This document shows, piece by piece, positions 54,684-64,000 of a stretch of DNA of 64,000 nucleotides. The position numbers were made by a program, and so were the translations under genes. Under the pieces are notes generated by a model. That model searched no databases. It saw only the letters and a list, made by a program, of their open reading frames with translations, and was not told where the DNA came from. This stretch comes from Minutocellus sp. GHC0000111 (taxonomy: Eukaryota): positions 4,154,001 through 4,218,000 of the forward strand of contig OZ361257.1 of the NCBI GenBank assembly GCA_977018835.1, given 5' to 3'. Numbering within the stretch: position 1 is the first letter of the stretch; each line of letters opens with the position of its first letter.

Positions 54684-55232
54684 CTACTGAATATCCTTGA
54701 GTTTGATAGTAAAGTAAAGGGTAGCATTCGGCGGAATCTCCGGCCCTGCACCCTTCTTGCCATATCCAAGCTTGGGCGGAACCACAAGCTGTCTCTTTCC
54801 GCCGACCTTCATGCCTGCAACTCCAATGTCCCATCCCTTAATGACATCACCGAATCCGAGGACAAAGTCAAACGTCTTGGCCGAATCAAACACCGAGCCG
54901 TCGTCGAGCTGGCCCTTGTAACTGACTATGACCGTGTCGCCCTTCTCGGCCGCCGGCCCGTCACCAATTTTAACGTCGGTAATTTCCACCTGTTCCTCTG
55001 GCGGTGCCTCGTACTCCTTATCACCGGCGACCTTGAAGCTCTGCCCCTCCTGGATGAGCTTGCCGTCGGCCACACCCTTCTTGAGCGCCTTTTTGAGTGC
55101 CACGGCATTTTCGTATGAAAACTCCGCCTTGAGATACTTGGCGATGGCCTGTCGGCTGGACCCCTTGGCCGACTTTTGCGCCCGGATGGCGGCTATGACC
55201 TTATCGATCACCGTCTTGGGAGTCTTCGCCAT
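54684..55232 (-). CDS. Linker histone H1/H5 globular domain fused to FKBP-type PPIase
   Basis: VIAAIRAQKSAKGSSRQAIAKYLK...LKKALKKGVADGKLIQEGQSFKV (GH1), then GDTVIVSYKG..VFDS..VIKGWD..GMKVGGKR..LGYG..IPPNATLYF. Confidence 0.92.
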   Translation of the reverse strand: MAKTPKTVIDKVIAAIRAQKSAKGSSRQAIAKYLKAEFSYENAVALKKALKKGVADGKLIQEGQSFKVAGDKEYEAPPEEQVEITDVKIGDGPAAEKGDTVIVSYKGQLDDGSVFDSAKTFDFVLGFGDVIKGWDIGVAGMKVGGKRQLVVPPKLGYGKKGAGPEIPPNATLYFTIKLKDIQ

Positions 55233-55368
55233 GGTCGACAGTATTTCCAGCACATGATGTGCCGTTGCGTTGGTATCTCTCCTTCCTCGGGGTGGGCCGA
55301 AGGCCAGACCGTATTTTGTGGATCTTGCTGCAAGCATTCATTATTTATTCTTCAAAGTCAACTGGAAG

Positions 55369-56856
55369 ATGACGACGTTACCGTTCCGAACGTTCAGCTG
55401 CATCTTATCGCTAGCACTGCTCTCGCCGAGCAATGCGTTTGGGCCGTCGCCATGGGCCGCTAGGAACAGCGCTCGGGGGCGCATTTTACCAAATGGAGCA
55501 CATGATGGGCTTCCATCGACGCCGGTGCCGGTATCTTTGCAATTATGCGGACCAAAGTAGGAAATGGACCGTTCCCTCACATAACAAGCAAACAAGTTGG
55601 TGCGACGAGAACATCGATTTGTCTCCACGCCACCAAGAAGCTGAAGCGAGAGGATTCGCTCTCGTCGCCGGCTTCATTTGATCATGCCCTCCACAAAACA
55701 CGAATGCTGTTCCGCGTGCAACTGGCAATCATCGCGTACATGCTGACGGGCGTTCTGGCATTTTCACGAGTGTTTGAACGATGGCCCATCATCGATTCTC
55801 TTTATTTCAGTGTCGTTACATTCACCACGGTTGGATATGGTGATCTCTGTCCCTCGACCGATGCTGGCAAACTGTTTACAATCTTTTACTCCTTTGCCGG
55901 CATAAGCATCATCGGCGCGTTGTTGGGCATTGTGGGTGGTAGCATCATTGAAACCGAACGGGCGGCGATACGAAAGACAAGAGCCGCTGCCAGAGCTGCC
56001 ATGATGGAATTGTTTGATCCCAAAAAGAAGCGGAGGAAGGCTAAGGCTGGTAGTTCTGGAGAGGAATCTTCTGCTGAATCTCGTGTAACAAGCGCCCTCT
56101 CTGGGGACGACAACAGAGGTAATAGCAATAACGATGGTGGCGGCCTTGGTACGCTTCGGGGAATCTTCTCGAACTTGTTTTCGCTTCGCAAGCGCAGGGA
56201 TGGATCCAAGTCACTGTTGAGAAGCGTCTTTGACATCGTCACCGACACGTATTATATTTTCGTTCCTTTTCTGGCAATGGCTGCCGTTATTGGAAAGAAG
56301 GAAGGATGGAACAGCATCACATCCGCCTATTACGCGATGGCTACTGCAAGCACCGTAGGCTACGGAGATGTGTCTGCATCGAGCCCACAAATGCGCTTAC
56401 TTTCCATATTATTCATTCCACTGGCTGTCATTAGTTTAGGAGAAATTTTAGGAAGGATCGCTGGTTTCTTCATCAGGAAGAATACGACGCAGGCCGAGCA
56501 AGAGTTTATGTCGCGTCGCATGACCCTCGACGACCTCGATGCCATGGATACCGACAAAAATGGGTAAGTTGATCGGCACAAGCGCTTGTGTTTGATTCTG
56601 ACCTGTGTTCATTTTCTAACATTTTGTCGATACTCTTCTGCGATCCATATATCTGCTCTCAAGGGAGGTTGATCAGTTCGAGTTTTTGACCTTTATGCTC
56701 GGCTCAATGCAGGAGGTTGAGCCAGAAATGATGATGGACCTCCGAGATCTATTCGAGAAACTGGATGTGAATGGGAGTGGTACCATCCAGAAGGAAGATT
56801 TGGCGCTCATGGCGCAAAAGAAGAGAGATCCGTGGAACCTTCGGAAGAGAAAGTAA
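55369..56856 (+). CDS. Two-pore (TPK-like) K+ channel with two EF hands; intron 56564-56663; putative plastid pre-sequence separated by a frameshift near 55540
   Basis: Pore loops TTVGYGD and STVGYGD; EF hands DTDKNG|EVDQFEF and DVNGSGTIQKED. The upstream MTTLPF...LLSPSNA-FGP is in another frame. Confidence 0.85.
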
Positions 56857-56969
56857 ATCAGTGGCTGATATCTTTGTACTAATACTATTATTTCATGAAA
56901 CTAAATTAGAAATTCGTAAACACGCTTAGGAGCAACGGCAAGACATATACACAGCATACTTCATGATTC

Positions 56970-57299
56970 CTAGAACACCATGTGATCATAGTCTACCTTC
57001 TTTTTGGCCTTGCCCTTGGGACTTCTCGGGCTGCTCGGGCCCTTCTTGATCGTGGCATGAGAGATGTCGACATGGTGAGCCTTGGCCCACTCGGCGTCCT
57101 CTTCCGAGATGGGCTTGCCGTCTTTGATCTTGTTGCGGAGGAACTTGATGTGCTGCTTATCCTCGTGACTCCAGTGGTCACCTTTATAGGCCTCGTGGTG
57201 GACGGTCGGTCCGTGCTTCTTCTCGGGAGGGGGGATGGTATCACCGACCGGCGCTACCTTGCCCTTGACTCCTTTTGCTTCTCCTTTCTTGAAGACCAT
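56970..57299 (-). CDS. Small Lys/His-rich hypothetical protein
   Basis: 109-aa ORF with strong C/G third-position bias typical of expressed genes here. Confidence 0.65.
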   Translation of the reverse strand: MVFKKGEAKGVKGKVAPVGDTIPPPEKKHGPTVHHEAYKGDHWSHEDKQHIKFLRNKIKDGKPISEEDAEWAKAHHVDISHATIKKGPSSPRSPKGKAKKKVDYDHMVF

Positions 57300-57861
57300 G
57301 ATTTCGTTTTCTTGCTTGCAAGTTTTATTGCTGCGAGTTGAAAAAAAGAACCGTGTTGGAATGGCCATTAATCGGTGAGATCTTTCTTGCGAACCCGGCT
57401 TGACACCTCCTCGCAACCATTGATCATCACAATTTCAACCTCGTTTTCATCTCGCCAACACATACCAATCTCCACAACAGTAAAAGCATGGCCACACGAA
57501 TGAGCGGTCGATGATCATACTCACCTTTGTATTATTTGATTTGTGAAAGAGTTCTGTTCTTCGATGCGGCTGAAGAAGTCGCTTCTGGTTGATTGATGCC
57601 TGGAGTTGCGGATGGTTCTTTTTTTGGTCTGATCGATGGCGGGCGAGGTGAAGAATTTCACAACCCCGAAAACGCTATAGGCGAAGATAGAAAAGCGCGG
57701 CGTCCGCGCGCGGCGGCACAGAAGGCGGTCAGGCGCAAGATTCGAAGATCTTGCTGCATCAAAGAACAAAGAACCATCAATTCATCTTATATTTTTCTTG
57801 GTAGAACAGAGAACCCTGAACTGTCAGGGTGCATCACCATTCAACATCGTACAACTGCCTT

Positions 57862-60800
57862 GAGACCAGCCAGCAAAGACGTCTCACGTGATATGCATCG
57901 CCGGTGTACTGGCTCTGCTCGCCCTCATAATCGGCCTATCTGTGGGCTTAACGAGACGCAATAATTCGCCTTCTTCTTCAAGTTCGGCACAAAACGCTCA
58001 GGGCCATCCCGACCTTCGTGGCAAGTGGCCTTTTGAACTAAGTGACGTCCCAAAAGATGATCGAGTTTTTTACGGTCAACTTGACAATGGGCTGCGATAC
58101 ATGCTCCTGCCCAACGGTGAGCTTCCCGGCCGTCTTTCGGTGCGCATGCATATCGATGTGGGTAGTATTCAGGAGGATGACGATCAGAAGGGCGTGGCGC
58201 ACATGCTGGAACATCTCGTCTTTACCGGCACAGAGAACTATTCGGAACTACCAGAGTTGGATTACACAGTCCAGCGACTGGGCGCACATAACAACGCCTA
58301 CACCTCGTTTGAAGAGACTGTCTACGATGTCGACCTGCCCAACACAGAGAAGGACACCGTTAACACCATCTTTGCCATTCTGAGAGAAATGGCCGATAGG
58401 GCACTCCTCACGGAAGAAAAGGTGGAAATCGAGCGCGGAATCGTCCTTTCCGAAGAACGATCGGGGGACAGTGTGGAATGGCAAATTATATTGGATCAGC
58501 TCGAGTTCCTCCTGCCAGATCATCGGCTGGCCCAGCGAATTCCCATTGGGGAAAGAGATGTGATCAAGAATGTTCCTAGGCAGCGCATCAAGGACTTTTA
58601 TGATGAGTTTTATGTACCGGAGCACATGACGATTGTTGTGGTTGGCGATATGATGACCTTCGAGATGCAAAAATTGGTGCAGGATTACTTTGGCGACATG
58701 GAACAGCCTGCGGTCGTTGGTGAGAAATATCCGGATATGGGAACCATCCCGAAAGGGCACGGCTTCCGAGTTTCGGCCATGTCCGAGAAGGAGGTTGTCG
58801 ATGATGACTTGTGGCTGACGACCATCAAGCCGTGGGAGGTCAAGGTCGACTCGAGAGCCTATCGGACAGAGCATTTGTCGCTGGCTTTGGCGAACTTTAT
58901 CATGGGTGATCGGTTCGACGTTTTGTCGCGTGTTGAAGGAACCCCCATCAAGGGCGGATATGCCGGACGAGACAATTTCATGCACTATTTGGATTGGGGT
59001 GACATCGTCCTTGTTGCCAAGCATGGTCGGTGGGAGGAAGCTGTTAGTATCCTCGAGCAAGAAACCAGGCGCGCTGTGGAGCATGGATTCACAAAGTTTG
59101 AACTGAGAGATGTCAAGGCCAGGATCTTGTCTTACTACGAAGACATGGTGCTTATGAAGGATAGCCGCGAATCGTCGAGTCTATCCTGGGACCTAATCAA
59201 TACCATTAATGGCCTGGGTGTATTTGCGACACCTGAAACAGATTTAGAGGTATTGCAAGAGAGCCTAGAGAAGATCACGCTCGATGTGATGAACAAGGAA
59301 TTCCGTGACTACTGGAGTACAAAGGACCTCACTCTCTTTCTAACAACAAAGGAGGAGGTCAATGAGGAAATGGAGGCAAAGCTCAAGCAACTGTATCTAG
59401 ATAGCCAAAAGGTCAAAGTTGAACCGCCTGCAGAACGAGAGCAGATTGTTTGGGGCTACACCAACTTTGGGCCCTCCGGCACTGTCGTAAGTGATACTAT
59501 GATCGAAGACCTACAGATCCGACAAATGACGCTCTCAAACAACATTCGGGTCAATATGAAGTATACAGATTTTGACTCGGAATATCTATATGTTGTGGCT
59601 TGCTTTGGTACTGGAAAGTTGGAGATGCCACCAAGACCGTGGTTCGATCAATTTACAGAATACGTCATGGACTACGGCGGCCTCGGGAAGCACAGCTACG
59701 AAGAAGTCGATAAGATCTTTGCTGATAATTCCGTCTGGGTTGGTTTTTGGGTAAATGGCGATGACTTTGACGTATCTACCGAGATTATCGCGGACGATTT
59801 GCTTCCCGCTTTACAACTCATGGTAGCTAGCATAACGGATCCAGGCTACCGAGAGGAAGCTGTCCGTGAATACAAGAATGATATTTCTGCCGACATGAAC
59901 CGGCTCCGCCATCGCCTCGGAGGAGCGATGCAGTATGTCGAAGAGTTTCTGTGGGGCAATGATCCTAGATTTGGCGTGCCGACGGAAGAAGAGCTCTTGG
60001 TATTTACTGCCGATGATGTTAAGGCTTGGCTTGACGATCATCTTTCAAGTAGCTACATTGAGCTGAGCTTGGTTGGAGACTTTGATTTGGATGACGCTGT
60101 GCCTGATATTCTTTCCACATTTGGCGCCCTCCCTGAGAGGGATGCCGTTCCGATTGTAGTGGGCGAGGAAACAAGGGAAATAACGTTGCCGAGCACACCA
60201 ACCCACCAAACATTCACCTATGAAAACTCACAGATTGACAAGGCGTCATCGGTTGTAGCTTTTCCGATCCCACATATTGAGCAAGACATGAGCGAGAATC
60301 GACGCATGCAAATCCTCGCTGATGTCCTTAGTAATCGTCTGTATGATAGAATTCGCGAGGAGTTGGGTGACTCTTACTCGCCATATGCGATGGAGGAAGC
60401 AAGCCAAGTGTTCCGTCGGGGGGTCATCTATGCCGAGTCCGAAGGTGAATCCAGCGTTACCACGAAGACAAGTAAGCATATGATTGAGATTGCTCAGTTC
60501 ATAGCCTCCACTTTAGACGACGATGAATTTTTTTGAGCCATGAAACTCAAGGAAACGGATATTGCCGATTCATTGCTGGACAATAGCCATTGGCTGTATC
60601 GAGTCGTTTGGGATTGTCAAGAAAAGCCATTCAAGTTGGATTGGGCACGAGAGAGAGACGCTGACTATGCGGTCATTACATTGGAGGAGATTCGCTCACT
60701 TGCAGCCCAATACCTCATTCCGTCGAATGCGCTGCGTATCGATGTGATGCCCGAGGGCACTGGAGGTGGTTCTGAAGGAGAAGAGATTGATGATGGGATT

Positions 60801-60935
60801 GGAGTCAGAAGGCTGCTTCCAAGTCATCGCGCAACAGGCCTTGAGGCAAAGGGTGTGAAAAGGAAGAGAGGTCGCGAAGAGAGAATGAAGGCCGAGCATC
60901 GCCGGGCGAGAGAGGCGGCAGCTGCACTTGTGTAG
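57862..60935 (+). pseudogene. M16 (PqqL/insulinase-like) zinc peptidase with N-terminal membrane anchor; in-frame TGA at 60534-60536; 5' end disrupted
   Basis: LDNGLRY, VGSIQE, HMLEH, NAYTSFEETVY, ERGIVLSE, RIREELG..YSP. The frame continues through the stop (DEFF*AMKLKE). No in-frame ATG precedes the TM segment. Confidence 0.85.
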
Positions 60936-61240
60936 GTATGAGATAAATATATAATAGTATGTGTGTTGAAATATATCATTTAGGTTTACATGTTATTGTT
61001 ATCGCGTTTGCGTTATGTATATTCAGGAAAGATGAAAGACAAAGAGGGAGAGAGAGAGTGTCCGTGGAATATAATTCTACGGATCGAGACTACTGACTGG
61101 CCTTTTGGTTTGTTGATGTTTTACTTTTTCTTCTTTTCGATTGGTATGTGCAGAGTAGATGCTCTCCTCTTTGAGTATATGATGATGCCGAGGAGAGTAA
61201 TAATAATAAGGCCGAGAGCGGAATTGGCAGTAGAGTCACT

Positions 61241-62674
61241 TCAGCTATCACTCTTCATGTTGAGCTTGGTAGCAAATGCGGGAGCGGGAGACTTTCGACG
61301 ACCAAATGCCCGTCCGGTGGCCAAGGCCTTGACCCCCTTGCTCACCAACTGAGGCATGAAGGGATATCGGCGCTTCTGCGTATCCTTGGACTTGGGCTCG
61401 ACACCACCGAGCAGCATCATGGCCTCCTCATCGATGTTGAGATGCTGAACGACCATCATGTCCTCGAGGTGGGTGGCCTTGGACGAACCAAAGATGACGG
61501 AGATGTGCTGTCCACGAGTTAGGGGGTAGAGCATGGCAATCTGGGCGAGGTTGCAGCCGGACGAGTCGGCCAGCTCGACGGCCAGATTGCGACGACGGTA
61601 GTTCTCGGGATGGCAGTAGGCCTTCTGCATGCGCTGGAGGCGCCACTCGTTGGTGCCGCGCTCGACGGGTGCGTCAAAGGTCTCGGGATCGACCTCGTGC
61701 TCGGGCCAAAGGTCGGACTTGGCCATGAAACCCTTGGCGAGGACTGTAGCAGAGAAGGGAGATATATGAACAAAACCAAACAATTTTTGTGAGATGATTC
61801 GACTTGTTGCAATGACAAGAAAACTCAAATCATTGGAACACAAGAAATCAAAGTCAAACTTACCCTCCCAGCAAAGGAGCTCGACGCAACGATCCTGATA
61901 CCAGTCAATCTCTGCCGAATTGTCAGGGGCACTGATCGAATACGTGCTGGGCCAAACCTCCCCATCCGGAACGGCCAGACTAAATTGAGGACTGTTGGCA
62001 CTGGGCGGAACCAGTCCCTTGGACTTGGCATACTCGTGAGCGGCCTGGAACCGGTCAAAGTTCCAGTTGCTCACGCCCCAGCGCTTGATCTTGCCGCTGT
62101 TGACGGCCTCGTTGATCCATTCGAAAAAGTCGGCGACGGGGATGCGAGGATCGTCGCGATGGAACATGTACAGATCGACAAAGTCGGTGTGCAACGCGGT
62201 CAAACTCTCGTCGATCTCATCGTGCAGACTGGACCGCGTCAGAAGAGGACGGTTAGGATCACCGAAGGCATCATCGCCGATGCCACCCTTGGTAATGATG
62301 TCGAGATCGTCACGGGCAATGTCGGGACGGGTGTCGAGCCACTGGCCAAAGATGCGCTCGGACTCGCCGGCGCCGTACGTGTGGGCCAGGTCGAACCGAC
62401 GGAAGCCCTTGTCGAACGCCGCGTCGAGGAGGTGGATGGGATCGTCGGCCTTGGACAGGGCGGCCGTGCCGAAGACGATGCGATGGATGGCGTGGGCGTT
62501 CTGGCGCTGCTCGACGGAAAAGGCGGAGGCGGGATCGACGAGGAAGGTGGCCGCGAGGCACAGGATGGACGTGGCCGTAAATATGCCGCAGCGGGAGGCT
62601 CTGCCGCAACATCGGAATCGACGGTCGGCGCCATCGACGCCGACTGCGTGGGTAAATCGATCGGAGGAAGACAT
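61241..62674 (-). CDS. Aldo/keto reductase, ASAF-type pre-sequence; intron 61744-61863
   Basis: Motifs FDLAHTYGAGESE, ITKGG, DLYMFHRDD, GKIKRWGVSNW and AQIA. Splicing gives LCWE|VLAKG. Confidence 0.9.
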   Translation of the reverse strand: MSSSDRFTHAVGVDGADRRFRCCGRASRCGIFTATSILCLAATFLVDPASAFSVEQRQNAHAIHRIVFGTAALSKADDPIHLLDAAFDKGFRRFDLAHTYGAGESERIFGQWLDTRPDIARDDLDIITKGGIGDDAFGDPNRPLLTRSSLHDEIDESLTALHTDFVDLYMFHRDDPRIPVADFFEWINEAVNSGKIKRWGVSNWNFDRFQAAHEYAKSKGLVPPSANSPQFSLAVPDGEVWPSTYSISAPDNSAEIDWYQDRCVELLCWEGKFDFDFLCSNDLSFLVIATSRIISQKLFGFVHISPFSATVLAKGFMAKSDLWPEHEVDPETFDAPVERGTNEWRLQRMQKAYCHPENYRRRNLAVELADSSGCNLAQIAMLYPLTRGQHISVIFGSSKATHLEDMMVVQHLNIDEEAMMLLGGVEPKSKDTQKRRYPFMPQLVSKGVKALATGRAFGRRKSPAPAFATKLNMKSDS

Positions 62675-63789
62675 ATTTGAAATACTTATTGATGAATGTT
62701 GAAGATATCTGATGGATGGGTTGTGCTTGTGGCAGGTTGGTTGTTGGAAAGATTCTGATGGAAAGAGAAGTTGAGTAGAGCAATGACAAAGCACGAGTTA
62801 GCAAGCAGAATTCTGCATTGGGGCGCTTTTCAAACTTTTGATTCAAACTAAATAAGGTGTGATGGATCGAACGATTTTGGAGGAACGCAAATCTGTGCAG
62901 CAATTGTAGCCGAGGGCTTTGGATGTGCCAAGTATGCAAGATACCAGGTAGTTGCGGAGCTAACAGATGATATTTCGCAAGAACATGCCTTGATTCGAGT
63001 AGATTCTCGTCCTCCAGAAGACAGCAATGACCCATCAGCACGCCAGAGACAGTAGTTGCGAGCACAAACGCAACAAGAGTGATGGGCCGACGTCGACGAA
63101 TGCAACACTTATTGTGCCCGAATCCTTTTGATGTGCCAGATACTGTGCGGCAATCAAAGATACTCGAGACGAGTAGCCACTTGCTCAGCCTTTCACTCAC
63201 CTTTTGCTCAAATGATGTTTCGTTTGAATTATGAAATTGTCTCTGATGGAAAGCCACTTGCACGGATGCCGATGACGAGCACCAACGCGAAGCACGCGAA
63301 AGCAAGGCGGATGAGCAAGATTCGCACGCAGAACACAGCAGAACTTTCGAAAAATTCTGTCGGACCGAAGTTCCGAGGAAGTTGGGTCGGACCCGTTCGA
63401 CTGATGGAAACGAGGATGGCAGGCCACTAAAACTATTGATTTTGTGTAGAGTATAAATCGCATTTGGGCGAGGTTGGCTTGAAAGAAAAGTTCGTCGTTT
63501 GTGGTTATGGATAAAGGAAATTCTGGTTGGAAAGGGGAGAATCGCAAGAGGAAGGTAAAAGGGAAAAAGATTGGAGCCACCCACGGAGAGCCTCTCCGTG
63601 GACCACCGCCTCAGCCACTCAGCAACCTTGGCTCAACGGCTCAACAGCAACTCCAACAGGCGAGATGCTGCACTTTCGTCATTCCCGTGCTGCGTTCGGC
63701 ACTCCTTCGCAAGAGACATTTCTTCACTAGTGACAGTCCGACTCGAACTTCGCGAGGTTTCGTTTCCGAGCGTCGCGTCGGGTCCAGTG

Positions 63790-63966
63790 CGGCATGAGGC
63801 GACCGAACCGGCCGGCAAGGCCACCTCCGCACCTGCTGCCACCCGCAGCCAGAAACCCTGTCTAAGTGTTGACATGATTGCCAAAGTTGCCTCTTTTGCC
63901 AATCACAGAAACACCTTGATGAACGTTTGTGCGGCCGTCGGGCGCAAGGACTGCGCCAGTTAGTAG
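63790..63966 (+). pseudogene. Possible truncated N-terminus of an F-box-like repeat-family gene
   Basis: LSVDMIAKVASFAN...LMNVCAAVG ends abruptly in TAG TAG at the window edge. Confidence 0.3.
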
Positions 63967-64000
63967 GTCGACAAAGCCAGTGCCTTTTCGCTTTGCTGGC

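Noticed and set aside
28730..55232. Three FKBP genes as a functional cluster
   Set aside because: They are 12-13 kb apart with different architectures and predicted compartments, and show no sign of tandem duplication.
13231..60536. Alternative genetic code or programmed readthrough explaining the in-frame TGA/TAG codons
   Set aside because: TAA, TAG and TGA all terminate normal genes in this window. There are only three internal stops, of mixed type, and frameshifts co-occur, so mutation or error is simpler.
62310..63584. 424-aa minus-strand ORF upstream of and overlapping the reductase
   Set aside because: It has no domain, non-coding-like composition, and overlaps the real CDS out of frame.
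1..64000. tRNA, rRNA or other structured RNA genes
   Set aside because: None was recognised by eye. A covariance-model scan would be needed to exclude small RNAs.

Overview
This is a gene-dense eukaryotic nuclear segment, almost certainly from a diatom. The evidence is bipartite 'ASAF/SLAFAP' plastid pre-sequences, short GT-AG introns, DUF6824 and helicase-associated (HA) domains, RXL pro-peptide motifs and a silaffin-like gene. It holds about 35 protein genes or gene remnants, including RRP17/NOL12, a SWEET transporter, a sialate O-acetylesterase, mitochondrial SHMT, three FKBPs, a TPK K+ channel, an M16 peptidase, an aldo-keto reductase and a GST. It also has eight secreted or cell-surface protein genes, one complete 1,854-bp Tc1/mariner-type transposon (29-bp TIRs, TA target duplication) and a ~4-kb ORF-free modular DNA tract. 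Five things stand out. (1) A silaffin-like Lys/Ser gene is flanked on both sides by 2OG-Fe(II) dioxygenase genes, one of them an RXL-punctuated secreted polyprotein; this is a candidate biosilica-protein modification locus. (2) A linker-histone H1 globular domain is fused to an intact FKBP. (3) A plastid FKBP has a SAM-like domain inserted inside its fold. (4) There is a DUF6824-STAND NTPase-helical repeat protein with an NLR-like layout. (5) Roughly ten genes are broken by single frameshifts or nonsense codons, and there is a back-to-back chimeric junction, which indicates either a decaying haplotype/duplicate or assembly error. All family assignments come from motif recognition by eye; no searches were run.
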